In this document: piece after piece, positions 58,304 to 64,000 of the stretch
Layout: each line of letters begins with the position of its first letter
Position numbering within the stretch: the first letter of the stretch is position 1
Source of the DNA: Oligoflexales bacterium
Lineage (GTDB): Bacteria; Bdellovibrionota_B; Oligoflexia; Oligoflexales; Bog-1112
Reading direction: 5' to 3'
Assembly (NCBI GenBank): GCA_045105515.1
Contig: JBGCDR010000060.1
Span: 1 to 64,000 of the forward strand
DNA length: 64,000 nt
Program-made: the position numbers and the translations under genes
Notes under the pieces: generated by a model
The model's input: only the letters and a program-made list of their open reading frames with translations
Database searches by the model: none
What the model was told of the DNA's origin: nothing

Positions 58304-59758
58304 CTAGATATCTACACTAACAAAAGCAAATCCTGAGCCACCCTGCATATTGCGTTTTATACGCATCAATACAGACTTCTGTTTATTTTTTCGAGCTTGC
58401 GCGATTGCGGCCTTGAAACCTTTTACAGCATTACCAAGATTCTTAGTACCTTCTACTTCAAAACTATCAACACTCAAAATAATATCTCCTTCCTGCAATT
58501 GTCGGATTGCAGGCGAACTATTCTCTATTGAGATGATGTAAAGGCCCCCTTCTTTCAACTGAAATTCAAGGCCCAATGATTCCTTTGTAGCTTTTTGCTT
58601 GTCATTAGACGCACTTTGCTCACTTCCCGGATAAGTTCCAATAACCAAAGTTCTCTTTAACTCTTTACCATTTCTGAAGACTGTCAACTTCGCTTTAGCA
58701 CCAGGTTTCATAAGCCCGACACGATTGACCAAATCTCTATCTTTTTCCAGTTTTTTATTATCAACCTCTGTGATAACGTCTTTAGGTTTAATCCCAGCTT
58801 TATCGGCTGGTCCGTTCGGTTCAACCTGCACAACAACGACCCCATTGTTGTCTTCAGGAATCTTAAGCAACTTTTTAATATCATTGGACAGTGGTTGAAA
58901 GTGCACACCAATATAACCTCGAGATAGTTTAACTCCATTTATAAGGTTAGTAGCAACTTCTCTCACTAAGTTAGAAGGCACAGCAAAACCTATGCCGTTA
59001 TAACCTCCTGATTTGGAGAAAATAGCAGTATTTATTCCAATAACCTTTCCTTCCATATCGACTAGCGGACCTCCACTATTGCCAGGGTTAATAGCAGCAT
59101 CAGTCTGGATAAAGTCCCCTAACTGAGTTATCTGTAAGCTACCCCGACCAAGAGCTGATACAGCTCCAAACGAAACACTTGCCTCAAGTCCAAATGGAGC
59201 TCCTAAAGCAACAACAAAAGAACCTACTTTTAGACCATCAGAATTTCCGAGCACTAAGGATGACAGGCCATCACGCTTATATTTTTCGTCTATGATTCTA
59301 AGTACTGCAACATCAGTATTTGGGTCTACTCCTACTACTTTAGCTTTATAAGTCTCTCGGTTAGCAAGCTTTAAATTGATTTCATCGGCATTATCTATCA
59401 CATGATTATTTGTCATAACAAGGCCTTCATCTAGGTCGATAACAAATCCTGAACCAAGCCCTTCTTGCTTGGGTACTGGAATTTGCCTTCTCCCAAAACC
59501 AAAAAGATCATAAGGGTCTATCCCCCCGGGCAGGCCTTTCACTGTTTTGGAAACAGAAACAAAGACTAAAGCCTTTTTCGAAGCTTCAGCAATAGCACCA
59601 ATTCCTTTTGAGAGTTCCTGCAGCAGCTTAGTATCTTGGCCTAAATCCACTTTAGTATCTGCTGGAGGTAAATCATAAGCTAAAAGGGGCTTAAGTATGA
59701 AAAAATTCGCAGTGAATGCTAATAGCCCAAACCTTAAAAAATTCTTAGCAAAAATCAT
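58304..59758 (-). CDS. DegP/DegQ (HtrA) periplasmic serine protease with two PDZ domains
   Basis: GLGSGF, TNNHV, TDVAV, FIQTDAAINPGNSGGPL, RGYIGV, two PDZ domains; signal peptide. Confidence 0.95.
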   Translation of the reverse strand: MIFAKNFLRFGLLAFTANFFILKPLLAYDLPPADTKVDLGQDTKLLQELSKGIGAIAEASKKALVFVSVSKTVKGLPGGIDPYDLFGFGRRQIPVPKQEGLGSGFVIDLDEGLVMTNNHVIDNADEINLKLANRETYKAKVVGVDPNTDVAVLRIIDEKYKRDGLSSLVLGNSDGLKVGSFVVALGAPFGLEASVSFGAVSALGRGSLQITQLGDFIQTDAAINPGNSGGPLVDMEGKVIGINTAIFSKSGGYNGIGFAVPSNLVREVATNLINGVKLSRGYIGVHFQPLSNDIKKLLKIPEDNNGVVVVQVEPNGPADKAGIKPKDVITEVDNKKLEKDRDLVNRVGLMKPGAKAKLTVFRNGKELKRTLVIGTYPGSEQSASNDKQKATKESLGLEFQLKEGGLYIISIENSSPAIRQLQEGDIILSVDSFEVEGTKNLGNAVKGFKAAIAQARKNKQKSVLMRIKRNMQGGSGFAFVSVDI

Positions 59759-59889
59759 AAATTAAGATCCTTCAGTAATGTTATGACAATCCCACGCTCC
59801 TTAACCAAGCTACAATACAAGCAGGCAGGTGAGGGGAGACTAAGATAATCTAGGAAAATAATAAAATTTTTATAAGAACACAAGGTAGT

Positions 59890-61005
59890 TTAAACAAGAG
59901 GTTCACTAACTTTTATACAGCTTGCAAGCATCTTTTGCCTTAGAAAATGATCCATGATTACCAGCAAGGTCATAGCCTCTACCATAGGTACAGCTCGTGG
60001 GAGCACACATGGATCATGCCTTCCAGCCTTCGGCTTAAAAGTCTGAGGCTTCATATCGCGATCAACCGTCATCTGTTCTTTGAAAATGGTTGCCACGGGC
60101 TTAAACGCTACGCGCATTGAGATGAGCTCACCATTGGAGATTCCCCCTTGTATACCACCTGAAAAGTTTGTTTTTGTTCTGATCTCATTATTTTGAACTT
60201 CAAAATGATCATTATGTTCGGAGCCAAAAAGCTGGGTGGCAGCAAACCCCTCGCCCACCTCAAATCCCTTGGTGGCTGGTAAGCTCATCATTGCTTTTGC
60301 TAAATCTGCCTCCAATTTATCAAAAACCGGTTCACCTAGGCCTTTGGGAGGATTGAGGCAAAGACCCCGAATACATCCTCCGACACTATCTCCCCTTTTT
60401 TTAGCTCCAAGGATTAATTTGCTCATTTCCTCCCTAGCCTTTTTATCTGGGCATCTAAGCATATGCTCGTCGATTTTATCTCTGGTAAGGGAATGTGGGT
60501 CAATCGGGCCAACTTTGAGATTCTTTACTGACTCTACATAAGCAAGAACTTTTAAAGGAGGGTGCAATTCCTCAAGAATTTGCTCTGCTAAGGCTGCAGC
60601 TGCAACCCTAGCAATGGTTTCCCTAGCACTTGCTCGGCCCCCTCCACTAAGCGCCCTCACACCATACTTTAACTCAGTTGTATAGTCTGCATGAGATGGT
60701 CTAAATATCTTTGCCATATCACTATAATGCTCTTTATTTGCGTCCTGATTATACACAACTAAGGCAATTGGAGTTCCCAAAGTCTTGCCGCCTTCGAGAC
60801 CCGATAAGCAGACCACTTGGTCTTTTTCCTTGCGAGGGGTGCTCAAAACGCTTTGCCCAGGCTTTCTCCGATCAAGAAATTCTTGGATTTTTGCCAATGA
60901 TATGGAGTAACCGGGAGGGCAGCCATCAATAACTACTCCAACACCACCACCATGAGATTCACCAAAGCTCGTTACTTTAAAAGAATGGCCAAAACTACTC
61001 GCCAT
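59890..61005 (-). CDS. aroC: Chorismate synthase
   Basis: FGESHG, RPSHADY, GGGRASARET, GLGEPVFDKL, GGIQGGISNG, GRHDPCV. Start ATG 61005 (track 61017). Confidence 0.96.
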   Translation of the reverse strand: MASSFGHSFKVTSFGESHGGGVGVVIDGCPPGYSISLAKIQEFLDRRKPGQSVLSTPRKEKDQVVCLSGLEGGKTLGTPIALVVYNQDANKEHYSDMAKIFRPSHADYTTELKYGVRALSGGGRASARETIARVAAAALAEQILEELHPPLKVLAYVESVKNLKVGPIDPHSLTRDKIDEHMLRCPDKKAREEMSKLILGAKKRGDSVGGCIRGLCLNPPKGLGEPVFDKLEADLAKAMMSLPATKGFEVGEGFAATQLFGSEHNDHFEVQNNEIRTKTNFSGGIQGGISNGELISMRVAFKPVATIFKEQMTVDRDMKPQTFKPKAGRHDPCVLPRAVPMVEAMTLLVIMDHFLRQKMLASCIKVSEPLV

Positions 61006-61054
61006 AAGTTCTTCCAATCTACAATTGCTAATTAATTAACCGGGGAAGTCTTGC

Positions 61055-64000
61055 TTAAAAGAATGCATCAAAGCCAAAGGTAGCATAAAGTTCAAAATCT
61101 TCTTCAAGTACCTGCCCAGATCCCAAACTAGCATTAAAGCCTACTCCTTTGTTTTCAAAGAGCAAGTCGATTTTATAGCCATGGGCAGCAATGAAATTAT
61201 CACTAAGGTCTTCATCTCTTTGATACCAGGCTCCACCATAATTATAGAAAGCAGTGAAGTTTAAACTCTGGAGATAAAACAACCATAGCATCGTGTCCAT
61301 CCTAGAGAGAATCGGAAAGGTGTAAGAGGTCTTTAGCCTTGCTTGAGTATCCCCATATTTAATTGCAAACAAGCTTCCACTCCCCAAAATGGGAAAATTA
61401 TTTTTGTTATATCCACCGCCACTTCCAGGAACAAAAGTTTTCAGAGCTTGGTATGTTTCTCGAAGCTGAGGAAGTTTTTTTCCTCGAATGCGACTTCCCT
61501 CAATCCCTAGAGAGAATCTTGATCGTAAAAACGGTAAACCGACACTACCATTCAGAGAACTTGTAATAGTATTATAATCATAATGCGGGTTTACTTGCTC
61601 TGGAGCAAACTTCGTTTTCAGGTAGTAACTTAAAGAAAATCGACCAAATCTTCGACTCAAAGTAAGTTGGGCATAAGGCTCGTTAATACGGCCCTCGGGC
61701 AAATTACAGACCCCTAAATAATGATGGAGAACTCCAGCTCGCACACCAAAACTAAGATTAACATTGTAGTTCCAACCAAACCAAGGGAAGCTAATTTCAG
61801 GCCTTACACCCTTTTCATCATAGTAGGATGTGGAAGCAGCAAGCTCGTCACCGACCCTATATATACACCGTCCATTCCAGGTCTGCTTGCGATAGAGCCC
61901 GAGAGTAATAGTGGGCCAAAAGCGCGTAGAAATCATAGACACTTCTGTGTTTGGATAGCGGCTGTCAACCCCCACCAGTACTGTGGCTCTTATAGATTCA
62001 TTTTGCATATGTTCCATTAACGGTACAGACACTATACCGATTTGGGTTCCCAAAACGTCTTCAGCCCCTATCCAGGGAAAGGCAAAAAGGGGCCTAGCTC
62101 GCCATCCAGCTGACTTGGTTTTTGCTGGTGTCACTGAGTTTGGACCTCGGGAAGAATTAACACGATCTAAACCAGAAGCCAAAGCAAGCTGGTTAGCATT
62201 CTTTTTAACTTCTAACTTGTCGAACTTTTCATTCCAGGTAGAAGCCTTAAGCAAGGCTCTGCCAAACCTAACTTTTCTATCCTGACGCATGGCCCAAAGG
62301 AGTGGCGATGAAGGTGGCATACTATAACTACAGGACTTGGTTTTTAGAAGCTTTGCATCGATTTTTCTGAGAACGTTGAAAGATCCGCGATACAGCCCAA
62401 AAATAACGCTACCATCTTTAAGCCCTTTTACTTGTAATGGATAATCTTCAAGGTGAAAGGTTCCTTGGCAATCTCCTTGGATGTCAATTTTTTTTAAGGA
62501 ACGTCTGTTGTGCTCAGATACTAGCAACCAAAGCTGCCTCCCAGCTTGTGCTAGCTGTAGCGGATATCCTCCACCACTATAGTACACAGTCCTGGACTTT
62601 TCCTTCGTGGTATCCCAAGCAATGATTCGATAACGATCTCCCACAAGGGTTTCTTCCCTAAGTGCCAGCCAAATCTCGGTGCTAAGCGAAAGGTCTTGGT
62701 TACTTGGAGGAAAGACACCGATTGCCGGGTAGGGCGACTTAATGTCACCAAGAATGCGAAGACTTGCTGGCAAACTAGTTTTAATAGGACAAATTACCTC
62801 ACTCCGCCCCACAGGCAAGCGCCCTTTCAGCTTGGATTTGTTAATATAGCATAATCGATTGAGCCCGCCTTTTTTCTCAAGCCAAACAATTTTATCCGGT
62901 GCTTCAAACAAACCGAAAACACTGTTTTTTAAGTTTACAAGAGTTTTTTTGATCTTGGCATTTTCACCTTTGTACCTTGAATCAATCAAGACCAAGCGAT
63001 TTTTAAAGAAGCCAGTTTTTCCCTCGACAGTACTAGCAACTGCCACCTGAAATCCTGCACGAGCGATCTGCAAATTTGAACTAGACGGATCTGGAATTTT
63101 ATACGGAGTAGGTTCTACATTTTCGAGCCAGCCAGTTGCTGAATCAAAATTCAAATTCATCCTAGTTTTCTGGCCATCATGCCTGAAGATCAAATGAGCT
63201 TGATCCATATTTGCAGAAAACCCTGATAGGCTAGAAAGCAGTAGCGGTTGTCCAGGTAGCTCCAGCAAACTCGGGCCTTTTCGATGCTCTTTCCAGTAGC
63301 TGGCAGCTTCCTTTTTATACTGCTCGTAAAGCTCCTCACCCGATTTGCCTAAAAAATCTCGAAGAACCTCATCCATCGGCATAAAGCGACTAAAAGGGTT
63401 AAACGACCAAGGGTAGTATTTAGGTGTGGTATAACTCGAAAGTTTGCCAAGGAATTTCCGAAGAAAGCCCGGCTTGTTATTTGCTTTAATACGACGAAAT
63501 AGCCAGGAGACAAAGGCACCCGCTGTGGCATAACCTCTTTCGGAAGAGCTTGATCTATATAAGTGGTGGAGGCTGTCAAAACTAGGCCAATCATTACGGG
63601 AAGCTTGGTAACGTTCTATGGAAGCTTGCACATCTGAGCCAGTAGAGACTGTAAGGGCTTCAGCAAACCCTTCAATGAACCAGGCTGGAACCCACGGTAA
63701 GTAAATGATACCTTCGGCTGGTCCAAGGAAATGATGAAAGTGCTCATACATGATAGTGTGAGCAAATTCGTGCCAAAATAAGTCACGCCCACCTTCAGCA
63801 AGAGTCTGCAACTCAATAGTATCAAAAATAAGGTTTGCAAACGAAGCATTAGAGGTCACTGCCGAAGAAACTATCGGCAGCTTGCGCCTAAGTCGTTTTC
63901 CTGCCCAGCGTTCAATTATGGGCTTAGCCGCTTCCAGTGCGTTGACAGTCATTGCCCCTTCTGCTGCGGCTTCCTTATCATGGTAAACATCAAAATTTCT
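61055..64000 (-). CDS. Large outer-membrane protein: gluzincin (peptidase MA-like) domain, beta-rich middle region and C-terminal BamA-like barrel; 5' end lies outside the window
   Basis: Frame open to the window edge (RNFDVYHDKE...); HEFAH...PAWFIEGFAE; amphipathic strands; terminal GFDAFF. Confidence 0.7.
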   Translation of the reverse strand, partial: RNFDVYHDKEAAAEGAMTVNALEAAKPIIERWAGKRLRRKLPIVSSAVTSNASFANLIFDTIELQTLAEGGRDLFWHEFAHTIMYEHFHHFLGPAEGIIYLPWVPAWFIEGFAEALTVSTGSDVQASIERYQASRNDWPSFDSLHHLYRSSSSERGYATAGAFVSWLFRRIKANNKPGFLRKFLGKLSSYTTPKYYPWSFNPFSRFMPMDEVLRDFLGKSGEELYEQYKKEAASYWKEHRKGPSLLELPGQPLLLSSLSGFSANMDQAHLIFRHDGQKTRMNLNFDSATGWLENVEPTPYKIPDPSSSNLQIARAGFQVAVASTVEGKTGFFKNRLVLIDSRYKGENAKIKKTLVNLKNSVFGLFEAPDKIVWLEKKGGLNRLCYINKSKLKGRLPVGRSEVICPIKTSLPASLRILGDIKSPYPAIGVFPPSNQDLSLSTEIWLALREETLVGDRYRIIAWDTTKEKSRTVYYSGGGYPLQLAQAGRQLWLLVSEHNRRSLKKIDIQGDCQGTFHLEDYPLQVKGLKDGSVIFGLYRGSFNVLRKIDAKLLKTKSCSYSMPPSSPLLWAMRQDRKVRFGRALLKASTWNEKFDKLEVKKNANQLALASGLDRVNSSRGPNSVTPAKTKSAGWRARPLFAFPWIGAEDVLGTQIGIVSVPLMEHMQNESIRATVLVGVDSRYPNTEVSMISTRFWPTITLGLYRKQTWNGRCIYRVGDELAASTSYYDEKGVRPEISFPWFGWNYNVNLSFGVRAGVLHHYLGVCNLPEGRINEPYAQLTLSRRFGRFSLSYYLKTKFAPEQVNPHYDYNTITSSLNGSVGLPFLRSRFSLGIEGSRIRGKKLPQLRETYQALKTFVPGSGGGYNKNNFPILGSGSLFAIKYGDTQARLKTSYTFPILSRMDTMLWLFYLQSLNFTAFYNYGGAWYQRDEDLSDNFIAAHGYKIDLLFENKGVGFNASLGSGQVLEEDFELYATFGFDAFF

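Noticed and set aside
1..64000. Mobile elements, prophage, defence systems, rRNA and tRNA genes
   Set aside because: I recognised no transposase, integrase, phage, cas, restriction or stable-RNA signature other than ffs; a by-eye reading could miss short or divergent elements.

Overview
A gene-dense, AT-rich window (roughly 38% GC by eye) from a bacterial chromosome. The gene content (TIGR04565-like barrel, GYF_2 protein, pilMNOPQ-TPR-aroQ order, LRR lipoprotein, Cys-containing C-terminal sorting tail) suggests a Bdellovibrionota/Oligoflexia-like or other deltaproteobacterial-type organism; this is inference. Recognisable housekeeping genes are pgm, tolQRAB, gltA, polA, tatC, roxA-like, a rhomboid, pilD, mutS2, a fused E1 alpha/beta 2-oxoacid dehydrogenase, pilMNOPQ, aroQ, pgeF/yfiH, an HtrA protease and aroC, plus a divergent SRP RNA. 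I saw no tRNA, rRNA, CRISPR array or transposase. The most interesting signals are: (1) an isolated, apparently exported or membrane-bound AAA ATPase resembling eukaryotic mitochondrial ATAD3; (2) eight correctly oriented sigma28/FliA-like promoters in front of non-flagellar, mostly secreted or signalling genes; (3) a putative sigma28-driven three-hairpin small RNA with a 14-codon ORF, lying between an RRM gene and a methyltransferase with a PqqD-like tail; (4) an aldehyde dehydrogenase that has lost several catalytic residues; (5) a secreted PI3/4-kinase-like protein; (6) unassigned structured RNAs; and (7) a PilQ secretin with very large acidic disordered insertions. All family calls come from motifs read by eye, with no database search.
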